Assembly: GCA_965214405.1 (NCBI GenBank)
Contig: OZ243956.1
Span: forward strand, 2,816,001-2,880,000
Source of the DNA: Trueperaceae bacterium
GTDB taxonomy: Bacteria; Deinococcota; Deinococci; Deinococcales; Trueperaceae
Direction of reading: 5' to 3'
Length of the DNA stretch: 64,000 bases
Part shown: positions 19,610 to 28,728 of the stretch, in pieces
Layout: every line of letters begins with the position of its first letter
Position numbering within the stretch: position 1 is the stretch's first letter
Notes under the pieces: generated by a model
Seen by the model: only the letters and a program-made list of their open reading frames with translations
Told to the model about the DNA's origin: nothing
Databases searched by the model: none
Position numbers and translations under genes: made by a program

Positions 19610-19812
19610 CAGTCAAGACGCTTTTTCATCTCTTCTAACGAGATGAATTCTCCGTCCTCGCTTCGGCGCTGCTTGATGATGTCCATGTCCTGAGCGTCAA
19701 GCGCCCTATCTAAAAGCTCTTCGTACGCCTCGAGAGAAAGCACGACGTGCGTGCGTCTACCCTGCGCGTCGGTGAGGTATTGGGGGTCAGGTGTGATGAG
19801 CGCGTCTGCCAT
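19606..19812 (-). CDS. Antitoxin partner of RelE
   Basis: QYLTDAQG..VVLSLEAYEELL...FISLEEMKKRL pattern. Confidence 0.8.
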   Translation of the reverse strand: MADALITPDPQYLTDAQGRRTHVVLSLEAYEELLDRALDAQDMDIIKQRRSEDGEFISLEEMKKRLDW

Positions 19813-19878
19813 AAATCCTCGCTAGAAGAAAGGGAAGCGTAGAGAAGTGGAGTTCCCTCACGCTCCCCCTACCCAATT

Positions 19879-21288
19879 TTAGCCGACGCTTCCTTCCATC
19901 TCGAGCTCAATCAAGCGGTTGAGTTCAACCGCGTACTCTAACGGCAACTCTTTGGCAACCGGCTCCAAAAAGCCGCGCACGATCAGCGCCGCCGCCTCAG
20001 CCTCTTCTAGCCCGCGCGACTGCAAGTAGAAAATCTGCTCGTCGTTGAGTTTGCTAACAGTCGCCTCGTGACCGACGTGCGCGCTCTTCTCGTTGATTTC
20101 GATGTAGGGATAGGTGTCGGTTTTGGCGCGTTCATCAAGCAGCAGCGCGTCGCATTCGACGTTGCTGCGGGCGTTCTCAGCGCCCTCGTGGATTTGCACG
20201 AGGCCGCGGTACGAGCTTCTGCCGCCGTCTTTGGAAATCGACTTGGAGACGATGGACGAACTCGTGTTGGGGGCCGCGTGAACCATCTTCGCGCCCGCGT
20301 CCTGGTGCTGGCCCTTGCCCGCAAAGGCAATCGACAAGACCTCGCCGCGCGCGCCCTCCTCCATGAGGTAGCACGAGGGGTATTTCATCGTGATTTTCGA
20401 GCCCAAGTTGCCGTCCAACCAGCCCATCGAGGCGTTGCGGTGGACTATCGCGCGTTGGGTGACGAGGTTGTAAACGTTGTGCGACCAGTTCTGGATGGTC
20501 GAGTAGCGGACCTTCGAGTCGGCCTTGCAGATAATCTCGATCACGCCCGAGTGAAATGAATCACTGTTGTAGGTCGGCGCGGTGCAGCCCTCGATGTAGT
20601 GAAACTTCGAGCCTTCCTCGCCGATGATGAGCGTGCGCTCGAACTGGCCCATGCTCTGCGCGTTGATTAAAAAGTAGGCCTGTAAGGGCACTTCAATCTC
20701 GACACCTGCAGGCACATACACGAACGAGCCGCCCGACCACGCCGCCGAGTTGACCGCGGCGAAGTAGTTGTCCTCGGGGGGCACGACGGTGGCGAAGTAT
20801 TCTTTGAAAAGCTCCGGGTACTTCTGCAAGCCGCTGTCGGTGTCGACAAAGATAACGCCCAACTTTTCCCACTCTTCTTTGAGCGAGTGGTAGACCATCT
20901 CCGACTCGTACTGCGCGCCCACGCCCGCCAGGGCTTTTTGTTCGGCCTCGGGAATCCCTAAGCGGCGGTAGGTCTCGCGGACCTCCTCGGGGACGTCGTC
21001 CCAGGAGTTCGTGCCCTTGCGGTCTTGCGGGCGGATATAAAAGTAGATGTCGTCGAAGTCGAGTTTGTTAAGGTCGGGTCCCCACTTGGGGCGGCCTTTT
21101 TTCTCGGCAATCTCGAGCGCCTTGAGGCGAAACTTGAGCATCCACTCGGGTTCGTTCTTGTGGTACGAAATCTGTTCGATAACCTGCTTGGTGAGGCCCT
21201 TTTCAGACCGGAAAAAGTAGTTCTCGGGTAGCGCGAAGTCGTACTGCCGCTCGTGCTGCATTCCCTGCAAATTAGCTGCGTCTGACAT
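19879..21288 (-). CDS. sufB: Fe-S cluster assembly protein SufB
   Basis: [31 protein letters not shown] and HEAT motifs; likely start MSDAANL at 21288. Confidence 0.97.
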   Translation of the reverse strand: MSDAANLQGMQHERQYDFALPENYFFRSEKGLTKQVIEQISYHKNEPEWMLKFRLKALEIAEKKGRPKWGPDLNKLDFDDIYFYIRPQDRKGTNSWDDVPEEVRETYRRLGIPEAEQKALAGVGAQYESEMVYHSLKEEWEKLGVIFVDTDSGLQKYPELFKEYFATVVPPEDNYFAAVNSAAWSGGSFVYVPAGVEIEVPLQAYFLINAQSMGQFERTLIIGEEGSKFHYIEGCTAPTYNSDSFHSGVIEIICKADSKVRYSTIQNWSHNVYNLVTQRAIVHRNASMGWLDGNLGSKITMKYPSCYLMEEGARGEVLSIAFAGKGQHQDAGAKMVHAAPNTSSSIVSKSISKDGGRSSYRGLVQIHEGAENARSNVECDALLLDERAKTDTYPYIEINEKSAHVGHEATVSKLNDEQIFYLQSRGLEEAEAAALIVRGFLEPVAKELPLEYAVELNRLIELEMEGSVG

Positions 21289-21311
21289 AACTTCCTCTCT
21301 TAACTTGAAGA

Positions 21312-22223
21312 TTACTTGGAGATAACGAAAGCCAAAAGGCTCCCGTCGGGGCTTACGGCAAGGCGGTTGATACCGCTCACGTCGGTTTCGCCAAAGTCGA
21401 GAAAGGGTTCCCAGCCTTCTTGCCCCTCTTGCCAATGGTAAATGACGTCTTCCTGCGCGGCGATGAGGCTGCCGTCCGGCATCCAGGCGTGCGCGTCCAC
21501 GTCCGGCAAGGTTGTGGCGAGCTGACGCGTTTCCCCGCTCTCGAGGTCGAAAACCATAATGGCCGAGCTTTCGTCCTCGAGCCGCTGCACAAAGCTAACC
21601 GCTGCTTGGTTCGGGACTTTTTGCACACCCACGCCCACGTCACTGGCGAGCTGTTGCGTCTCGCCCGTGGCAAGGTCGGTGAGGTCGAGGCTGAGCGGCA
21701 AGCCGTTCGTTTCTTCGTCGACGCGCACGAGCGCTAAGTTGTCGGGGTCTACGAAAGCGTAGTAGCCGATGCGGTCAACGTTCTCGGGGTTGGGCTGAGC
21801 GTCGCCCCCCTCGAGGTCGAACCGCCAGAGGCGCTGGGTCACGCCGTCCGCTTCGATGCGCACCGCCGTAATGTGTTCACCGTCCGGGGTGACTTGGGGT
21901 GAGAACTCGCTCTCTTGCGTCTCGGTCACCCGCGCGGCTTCGCCGGAAGCCACCTCGTAGCGGTAGATGTCTGTCTGGCCCGTCTCGTCCTCCGAAACGT
22001 AGAGGATAGCCGTGCTGTCCGGCACGAACGAGGGTTGGTTGTCGTAGGTGTCGTTGTTCGTCAAGTAGGTGACGTCGTCCGCCGATACGGTCGTCGGTGC
22101 GTCACCCTCAACAGGGAGCGGCACCAAAAGAACGTCCGTCGAGGGCGCTTGCGCGGCGGCTCCTGCAACGAGCGCAACTACCACGGTCATAACTACCAAG
22201 CAAACTGTTTTAGAGCGTTTCAT
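21312..22223 (-). CDS. Secreted TolB-like (PD40/WD40) beta-propeller protein
   Basis: Signal peptide; [18 protein letters not shown] and LAVSPDG repeats. Confidence 0.8.
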   Translation of the reverse strand: MKRSKTVCLVVMTVVVALVAGAAAQAPSTDVLLVPLPVEGDAPTTVSADDVTYLTNNDTYDNQPSFVPDSTAILYVSEDETGQTDIYRYEVASGEAARVTETQESEFSPQVTPDGEHITAVRIEADGVTQRLWRFDLEGGDAQPNPENVDRIGYYAFVDPDNLALVRVDEETNGLPLSLDLTDLATGETQQLASDVGVGVQKVPNQAAVSFVQRLEDESSAIMVFDLESGETRQLATTLPDVDAHAWMPDGSLIAAQEDVIYHWQEGQEGWEPFLDFGETDVSGINRLAVSPDGSLLAFVISK

Positions 22224-22245
22224 GTCGTCCTCCCGGTTGCCCAAC

Positions 22246-23016
22246 CTACGCGGCGACCTCTTCGCGGAGCCAGTCATAACCCTTCTGGTCAAGCTCCATC
22301 GCCAACTCCTTGGGGCCTTCTTTAATAATTTTACCCCGGTACATCACGTGAACTTTGTCGGGCACGATGTAGTTTAGGAGCCGCTGGTAGTGGGTGATGA
22401 CGAGCGCGCCGAAGTTGGGGCCGCGCGCGGCGTTCACGCCCTGCGACACGGTTTTTAAGGCGTCGACGTCCAAGCCGGAGTCGGTCTCGTCAAGGATGGC
22501 GTATCTGGGCTCTAAAACGAGAAGCTGCAACACCTCGGAACGCTTCTTTTCACCGCCCGAAAACCCCTCGTTAAGATAACGCTCAACGATGTTTTCGTCC
22601 CATTGAAGCGTCTTGATGCCGTCTTGAATCTTCGTGTAAAGCTCCATCACCCCGACCTCGTCGCCCTCGTCGCGGCGGGCGTTGACGGCCAATCTTAAAA
22701 AGTTCGCCATCGAGACGCCGGGCACCTCGACGGGGTACTGAAAGGCCAAATAGAGGCCCGCGCGGGCGCGCTCGTCGGGTTCCATCTCCATCACGTTTTC
22801 GCCGTCCACCAAAATCTCGCCGCCCGTCACCTCATACGCGGGGTCGCCCGCGATAACCTTGGCGAGCGTGGACTTGCCCGAGCCGTTGGGTCCCATCAGC
22901 GCGTGGATCTCGCCGCGCGGCACAACCAAGTCGACGCCGCGGAGGATGGGTTCGCCCGCGATGTTGGCGTGTAAGTCTCTTATTTCTAACTTGTTACTTA
23001 TCGAATTGTCACTCAT
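22246..23016 (-). CDS. sufC: Fe-S cluster assembly ATPase SufC
   Basis: MGPNGSGKST, AFQYPVEVPG, GFSGGEKKR and LDETDSGLD motifs. Confidence 0.97.
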   Translation of the reverse strand: MSDNSISNKLEIRDLHANIAGEPILRGVDLVVPRGEIHALMGPNGSGKSTLAKVIAGDPAYEVTGGEILVDGENVMEMEPDERARAGLYLAFQYPVEVPGVSMANFLRLAVNARRDEGDEVGVMELYTKIQDGIKTLQWDENIVERYLNEGFSGGEKKRSEVLQLLVLEPRYAILDETDSGLDVDALKTVSQGVNAARGPNFGALVITHYQRLLNYIVPDKVHVMYRGKIIKEGPKELAMELDQKGYDWLREEVAA

Positions 23017-23089
23017 CAAATACCTCACCCACTTGTATGTTGTTCCGTCAAGGATTCGTGCAAGGGTGTGTAAGCTGCCACACCCTTTT

Positions 23090-23156
23090 TAGGACTCATT
23101 CCGACTTTCAGTATACACGGTTTTGGGGAATAATGTCGAGTTCCACACTCGGATTT
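23090..23156 (-). promoter_or_regulatory. suf promoter with two candidate operators
   Basis: -35 TCGACA (23139-23134) and -10 TATACT (23115-23110); 7-1-7 box at 23090-23104; CGAGT-N5-ACTCG dyad over the -35. Confidence 0.55.
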
Positions 23157-23320
23157 CGGACGGTGACTTAGGTGTTCCAAAGTTTTCTGATACCTCGGTG
23201 CTGCACTACAAAAGACGCTCGAGCACAGGCTCGAGCTCCCAAGTCCTCTTCTGGCAAAGAAGCTTAAACTCTACGTCGTGGGTTGTTCGACCAAGGCACC
23301 TCAATCAGGTGCGTAACAGT

Positions 23321-24283
23321 TTACGATTTCCTCCACCCGAACAGGCGCGCGAACCCCCGCCGCGTCTCCTTTTCTGTTTCTTTATTTTCCTGAACCACGC
23401 GGCTCGAGCGGCCAACCGCGGGCGCGGCTTTTTGAGCGGGCGCGAACTCTTCAGCCGAAGAGGCGCGGCCTCTAATCTTTTCAAAGTCGGCGATGAACGC
23501 GTCCACGCTCGCGTAACGTTTGCCGGGGTCGCGCGACATCGCCTGCGCGACCACCTTAGCCGCGCCGCTCCCGACGCCCTTGCGGTGGTGCGCGAGCGGC
23601 TTGGGCAAGCCCGAAAGGTGCGCCATCATGAGCGCGTCATATGAGTCGCCGTGAAAGGGCCGCGTCCCGGCGAGCACTTCGTACGCGAGGATGCCCAGAC
23701 TGTAAACGTCGGAGCGTACGGACGGGCCTTCACCCCTGAAAATCTCCGGGGCCATGTAAAACGCGGTGCCGACGCGTTCGGGGGACGCGTCGGCCATAAA
23801 CATGCCCGTGCCGAAGTCGCCGAGTTTGGCGTGACAGCGCTCTCCCGAATCACCCAAAAAGACGTTGGCGGGTTTGACGTCGCGGTGCAGCACGCCGCGT
23901 GTGTGGCTGTAGGCGAGCCCGCGCGCTACGTCTAGGACGAGGTTGCAGGCGCGCTCGAGCGGCAACAGCCCGCGCTCGAGCAACAACCCGTCTAGGGTGC
24001 CGCCCTCGCAATACTCGAGCACCAAGTAAGCCTGTTCACCCGTGGGATAACCGTCGATACCGCTCACGACGTTTTTATGTTTGAGGTTGAGCGTAATTTG
24101 TACCTCGTTCTCAAACATCCGCCACAACACCGGCTGCGTCTTGAGGTCGCTACGCGGGAGCTTGAGCGCCACTTCTTTGTGCCGCGGGTGCCGGGCTAAA
24201 TACACGTGCGAGGTCTGGCCGGACCCCAGCCGCTGCTCGACCTGGTAGTCGGGGGGGGTGTAGCTGGACAGGGTAGGGGACAT
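23321..24283 (-). CDS. Hanks-type Ser/Thr protein kinase
   Basis: LGSGQTS, VALK, HRDVKPAN, DFG and MAPE motifs. Confidence 0.93.
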   Translation of the reverse strand: MSPTLSSYTPPDYQVEQRLGSGQTSHVYLARHPRHKEVALKLPRSDLKTQPVLWRMFENEVQITLNLKHKNVVSGIDGYPTGEQAYLVLEYCEGGTLDGLLLERGLLPLERACNLVLDVARGLAYSHTRGVLHRDVKPANVFLGDSGERCHAKLGDFGTGMFMADASPERVGTAFYMAPEIFRGEGPSVRSDVYSLGILAYEVLAGTRPFHGDSYDALMMAHLSGLPKPLAHHRKGVGSGAAKVVAQAMSRDPGKRYASVDAFIADFEKIRGRASSAEEFAPAQKAAPAVGRSSRVVQENKETEKETRRGFARLFGWRKS

Positions 24284-24312
24284 AGAGCCCAGTCTAAACC
24301 AAAGCGCTCCGT

Positions 24313-24987
24313 TCAAACGTCAAAGGTTTCACCCGGAGCGAGCACCGTACACGCGCTCCCCGTTTCTTGCTCGACCGTTTTTTTGAACGCCTCCGGGTCC
24401 TGCTGGATGACTTCAAAGGTGTTGTAGTGCATGGGGATGACCCTTTTGGGCTTCAAAAGCTTCACGGCTTCTACAGCGTCGGCGGGACCCATCGTGAAGT
24501 TGTCGCCAATGGGCAACATCGCCAGGTCGAGTCCGCCCCGCCCGATGAGCTTCATGTCGCTAAAGAGCGCGGTGTCGCCCGCGTGGTAGAGGCGCTTGCC
24601 CTCGATGTCTAACACGATGCCCATCGGCATCCCGCCGTAGGTGCCGTCGGGAAAAGAGCTCGAGTGCCACGCCGGGGTAAAGGTCACCTTACCGAAGTCG
24701 AAGGTATGGCTGCCGCCGGGGTTCATCGGGTGGCCCTTGATATCCTTTTTGCCCACGTAGTTGACGATCTCAAAGCTCGAGACGACCACCGCGCCGCTCC
24801 TTTTGGCAATCGCCTCGGTGTCGCCGTAATGGTCGCCGTGCGCGTGACTCAAGAGGATGTGCGAGGGCGAAAACTCTTCGGGCTTATTTTTGGCAAGCTC
24901 GTTACCGCTCAGAAAGGGGTCGATAAGGATGTCGTGACCATCTGTATGGATATGGAAGCCGGATTGACCTAAGTAGGTGAGTTTCAT
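24313..24987 (-). CDS. Metal-dependent hydrolase (MBL fold, UPF0173-like)
   Basis: HAHGDH, HAGDT, LPIGDNFTMG and PMHYNTF motifs. Confidence 0.92.
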   Translation of the reverse strand: MKLTYLGQSGFHIHTDGHDILIDPFLSGNELAKNKPEEFSPSHILLSHAHGDHYGDTEAIAKRSGAVVVSSFEIVNYVGKKDIKGHPMNPGGSHTFDFGKVTFTPAWHSSSFPDGTYGGMPMGIVLDIEGKRLYHAGDTALFSDMKLIGRGGLDLAMLPIGDNFTMGPADAVEAVKLLKPKRVIPMHYNTFEVIQQDPEAFKKTVEQETGSACTVLAPGETFDV

Positions 24988-25051
24988 CGGGGTCTCCTAA
25001 AGGTAAGCGTGAGAGTTTAAGGGTGTCGGCGTGTCACGCGAAAGAGCAGTC

Positions 25052-25210
25052 TCACCAGTCTCGCCTGTGCCTGAGTCGCCGCTCCTGGTCAATACGTTTT
25101 AAGAGTCGTTCTGCGGGCGGCGTGGCTTCTTCTAGCCGTTCCTGACGCTCCGCGCGCTTTTCGGCGCGGCGCTTGGTCTGCTTCACGCGTCTTTTGCTCT
25201 TCTTGGGCAT
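25052..25210 (-). CDS. Small basic protein (52 aa, not in the ORF track)
   Basis: MPKKSKRRVKQTKRRAEKRAERQERLEEATPPAERLLKRIDQERRLRHRRDW*; TACCAT 6 nt before ATG. Confidence 0.6.
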   Translation of the reverse strand: MPKKSKRRVKQTKRRAEKRAERQERLEEATPPAERLLKRIDQERRLRHRRDW

Positions 25211-25257
25211 TGTTTTATGGTAACGAGGCGGTGCGGGGGATGATGTAAGCGAAGGTG

Positions 25258-26796
25258 CTATGAGCGAAAAACGCGCACGACCACGAAGCCCGCCGCGAAA
25301 ACAGCCAGCGCGAGGACGAGCACGTCGCCGTAGCGCACGTAAGGGGTGACGGTGTCGTTCAAGCCGTAGTCAACGCGCAAGGTAGCCGCTTCGGCGCGCG
25401 GTAGCCTCTCCAGCGTCCGGCCAAAGGGATCGACGAGCGCGGTGACACCGTTGTTGCCGTCACGCAACAAGTAGCGCCGCGTCTCGATGGCGCGCATCCG
25501 GCCCATGTCGAAGTGCTGCTCCGCGCCGCGCCCGCGCCCGAACCAGGCGTCGTTCGAGATGTTGATGAGCACGCCCGCGCCGTCACGGACCATCTGGCGC
25601 GCGACCTGCGGAAAAACCGACTCGTAGCAGATGTAGGTGGCGGCGGGGCCTAAGGGGGTCTCGAGGGGCTTAATCACGCTCCCCGGTGTTCTGCTGTCTA
25701 ACAAGCCGAGGCCGAACCAGCCGAAAATTACGCGGTAAAGGGGCTCGAGCGGCCCGATAAGCGGGAACGCCTCACCAAAAGGCACCAAATAGACCTTGTC
25801 AAAACGGTCAACCACCAAACTGTTGGCGAGGCTGTAGACGCTGTTGTAGGCGCGGCCACCCTCCGTCGCCACGCCCCCCGTCACGACCGGCGCGCCGCCC
25901 GCGCTCTCTTGAATGGTGCGGCGCACATCCTCTAGGTCTGAAAGCTCTAAATTTGGGTAGTCGAGTACCACCCCCTCCGGCCAGACCACCAAGTCAACCG
26001 GCTCGGCTCCGGCTAGAGCCTGGCGGGTGAGGTCTAAGTACACATCCGTATCCCTCACCTGCCCAACCGCGCGGCCCAGCGGGTCGGTGTTGCCCTGAAC
26101 GAGGAGCGCCGTCTGCGTCGCGGGCACCTCCGTTTCCCGGAGGATGCTCAGCCCGTCGAGCCAGCCCAGCCCCAAGAGCAGCGCAGCAATGAGCGGCGGG
26201 AGCCAGAGCATCACGCCCCTAGCGACAAAAGGCGCGGCGAGGAGCGAGGTGACGGCGGCGGTCAAGAAACTCAGCCCGTAGACCCCCGCGATGTCGGCGA
26301 GTTGCGCCACGGGCGTGCCTAGCCACATGTAACCGAGCGTGCCCCAGGGAAAAGCGAACACCCCTTGCGTGCGCGCCCACTCCATCAAAATCCATAAGGC
26401 GGGCAGGAGCCACAGCGTCCCCGCGCCGCGCCGTCCCAAGAGGCGGCTTAAACCCGTGACAACGCCCCAGAATATACCTAGCACGAGCACCACCGGTGGA
26501 TAGATAATCCACGCCACGGGACCGAAGAGCGTGGGGGAGGAGAGGCTTTGCGGCAGCCAAAAGATGTAAAGCGCGAAAAACGCGAGGCTGAAGAAAAACC
26601 CCAGCCCAAACGCATCTTTGACGCGTGCGCTGCGCGCGACCAGGACGAAGAGAGGCACCAAAGCCAAGCCGAGGGGCCAGAAGCCTACGGCGGGGAGCGC
26701 GGCGCTCAGGAGTGCGCCGCAGAGGGCGGCGAGAAGCGCCCTGGGCCAGAACCCATAGGTGGGTTTGGTTGAAGAATAGGAACGAACGACGGACAC
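25258..26796 (-). CDS. lnt: Apolipoprotein N-acyltransferase
   Basis: VWPE, KVYLVPFGE, ICYES and SNDAWF motifs. Confidence 0.95.
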   Translation of the reverse strand: MSVVRSYSSTKPTYGFWPRALLAALCGALLSAALPAVGFWPLGLALVPLFVLVARSARVKDAFGLGFFFSLAFFALYIFWLPQSLSSPTLFGPVAWIIYPPVVLVLGIFWGVVTGLSRLLGRRGAGTLWLLPALWILMEWARTQGVFAFPWGTLGYMWLGTPVAQLADIAGVYGLSFLTAAVTSLLAAPFVARGVMLWLPPLIAALLLGLGWLDGLSILRETEVPATQTALLVQGNTDPLGRAVGQVRDTDVYLDLTRQALAGAEPVDLVVWPEGVVLDYPNLELSDLEDVRRTIQESAGGAPVVTGGVATEGGRAYNSVYSLANSLVVDRFDKVYLVPFGEAFPLIGPLEPLYRVIFGWFGLGLLDSRTPGSVIKPLETPLGPAATYICYESVFPQVARQMVRDGAGVLINISNDAWFGRGRGAEQHFDMGRMRAIETRRYLLRDGNNGVTALVDPFGRTLERLPRAEAATLRVDYGLNDTVTPYVRYGDVLVLALAVFAAGFVVVRVFRS

Positions 26797-26969
26797 GGTT
26801 TAACGCTATCACGCGTGGTGTGAGGAGGCTGGAGGATTGGCAACAGCGCGCGGGTTGGCTCCCTAACCGCCCGCTCACCTTGTGAGCAGGAGTACATGAA
26901 GATTTGTTGGGGAGCGGGGCGGCGGAGGTAGAGAGACCTTCTCCCCATCGCCCCGCTCCCCATCTTCCT

Positions 26970-28118
26970 TTACTCGGTGAGGAGCGCCGTGAGGAGCGCC
27001 AGACGCCCCAACGTCTCCCTCACCCGGATGTGCTCGTGCCGCGCGTGCGGACCCTCGCCCGCCGAGCCGAGACCGTCTAGGGTAGGAATGCCCAAGGCCG
27101 ACGTGAAGTTGCCGTCCGAGCCGCCGCCGACGACTGCGCCCTCGAGCTTCAGCCCCATCGCCCCGCCTAGCTCCTGCGCCCTCGCAAAAAGCGCCCGGTT
27201 GGCCTCGTTGGGCTCTAAGGGCGGGCGGTTGAGCCCGCCCGTGACGGTCACTTTCACGCGCGCGTCTTTGGGCGCGTAGCCAAAGACCGCGCGCGCCACC
27301 CGCTCGCCCTCGTCTTCTTTAAGCACGCGCATGTCGACGCTCGCGCTCGCTTCCTCGGGAATTACATTCGTCACCGAACCGCCGCGCGCCACGGTGAGGT
27401 TGACGCTGGTGCCTTTGTTGGGGTCTTCAAGGCTTTCAACAAAGAGCAAAAAGTGCGCGAGTTCGCGTAGCGCCGACGCGCCCCGCTCGGGATCGTTGCC
27501 TGCGTGGGCGCTCCGGCCCTCGAAATGGGCGGTAAAGCCGCCCGTCCCCTTGCGGCCCACCTTTAGCGCGCCGTCGTTGAGGCCCGGCTCCAACACAAAT
27601 ACCCGGTCATGCTCACGCGCCAAACGTTCGATGAGGTCGCGTGAGTAGAGCGAACCTGTCTCTTCGTCCGAAGTCAAAAGCAAAGTGACGGGGCCTGCGA
27701 GCGCTAACCCCAGCGCCTCTGCCAGCATGGGCGCGTGGAGCGCGGTGGCGACGCCCGCTTTCATATCGAGCGCGCCGGGGCCGTAGACCTCGCTGCCATC
27801 TCTGCGGTAGGGCATTTTCTCCAAAGTGCCCACCGGCCAAACCGTGTCGTAGTGCGTCAGAAGCAGCGTGGACGTACCGGAAGCGTTCTGGTTTTTACGC
27901 GCGACCAACTGATCGCCGACGATGCCTTGCGTATGGCGCTCGGTCGTCCAGCCTCTCGTTGTGAGGAGGGTTTCAAGATGGTCGGCCAGCTTGTCAACCG
28001 CCCGTTTGTCGTGGGTGGGAGACTCAATCGCCACCAAGCCTTGCAGCGTTTCTAGATAAGCCTCTTCATGGGCGTAGGCGGCGGCGCGGAGAGTCTCGAG
28101 AGGGGTAGAGTCAGACAT
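26970..28118 (-). CDS. M20 family metallopeptidase (carboxypeptidase G2-like)
   Basis: HYDTV, DMKAG, SDEE and GGSDGNF motifs. Confidence 0.92.
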   Translation of the reverse strand: MSDSTPLETLRAAAYAHEEAYLETLQGLVAIESPTHDKRAVDKLADHLETLLTTRGWTTERHTQGIVGDQLVARKNQNASGTSTLLLTHYDTVWPVGTLEKMPYRRDGSEVYGPGALDMKAGVATALHAPMLAEALGLALAGPVTLLLTSDEETGSLYSRDLIERLAREHDRVFVLEPGLNDGALKVGRKGTGGFTAHFEGRSAHAGNDPERGASALRELAHFLLFVESLEDPNKGTSVNLTVARGGSVTNVIPEEASASVDMRVLKEDEGERVARAVFGYAPKDARVKVTVTGGLNRPPLEPNEANRALFARAQELGGAMGLKLEGAVVGGGSDGNFTSALGIPTLDGLGSAGEGPHARHEHIRVRETLGRLALLTALLTE

Positions 28119-28141
28119 AGCGCCATCGTAACAGGGACTTG

Positions 28142-28206
28142 GGGTTTGGTCGGGGCTAGGGTTTGGTGAGGCTAAGGTTTGGTGAGGCTAGGGTCTGGTG
28201 AGGCTT
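28142..28206. repeat. Four tandem copies of a 16-bp unit
   Basis: Consensus GGGTTTGGTGAGGCTA; the last copy overlaps the 3' end of the 28188..28574 gene. Confidence 0.85.
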
Positions 28207-28574
28207 CGTTTCTTCTTGCCGCCCCGCGTATGTTGCCCGACGGTTTGCACTTCTCTCGAGCCGCGCGTTTTCAGATGCTCCGTCCAGAGCGTTTCGGCGA
28301 GCTTACGGACGGCGGGCTCCCCCGTGCTGCGGGCGTAGGAGTAACCGAGCCGCAGGTCGCTGTCGGCTGAGGCGGGGTCTAAGCTCGCCGCCAACTCGTA
28401 GCGCGAGAGGTGAACGTAAGCGAGGAGCACGTCGCGCATCCTTTGCGGCTTGACCGCGTGAAGGTCGCGCAGCGCGTCTTCAAAAGAGCGCAATGCGCCC
28501 CGCACGTCGCCCCCTTCGGCTAACGCTTTGCCCCTTTTGAAATGGTCCGCTGCGTCGTAAAGTAGCTCGCGCAA
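28188..28574 (-). CDS. Hypothetical helical (TPR-like) protein
   Basis: SD GGAG before TTG; TPR-like HFKRGKALAEGG helix pattern. Confidence 0.6.
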   Translation of the reverse strand: MRELLYDAADHFKRGKALAEGGDVRGALRSFEDALRDLHAVKPQRMRDVLLAYVHLSRYELAASLDPASADSDLRLGYSYARSTGEPAVRKLAETLWTEHLKTRGSREVQTVGQHTRGGKKKRSLTRP

Positions 28575-28728
28575 AATGGCTCCCTAAAGCCTGCCTCCCC
28601 GTCTCACTCTTCCCCATCTTCCCACTTCTTCCCACCTCGGTAAACCGACCACGAGGGGAATGGAGCGAGTATAACGCGCCATTTTTCAAAACGTCGTGTG
28701 GGGCCGCGCATCTGTTTCTTGATGTTAA

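Noticed and set aside
18241..19878. Integron-like cassette array inside suf
   Set aside because: The intergenic spacers share no repeat or attC-like structure, and no integrase is present
19879..21288. Intein in SufB
   Set aside because: Normal length (469 aa) and no splice-junction motifs
28142..28206. Possible CRISPR array (also considered at 43920-43965)
   Set aside because: The repeats are directly tandem with no unique spacers, and there are no cas genes in the window
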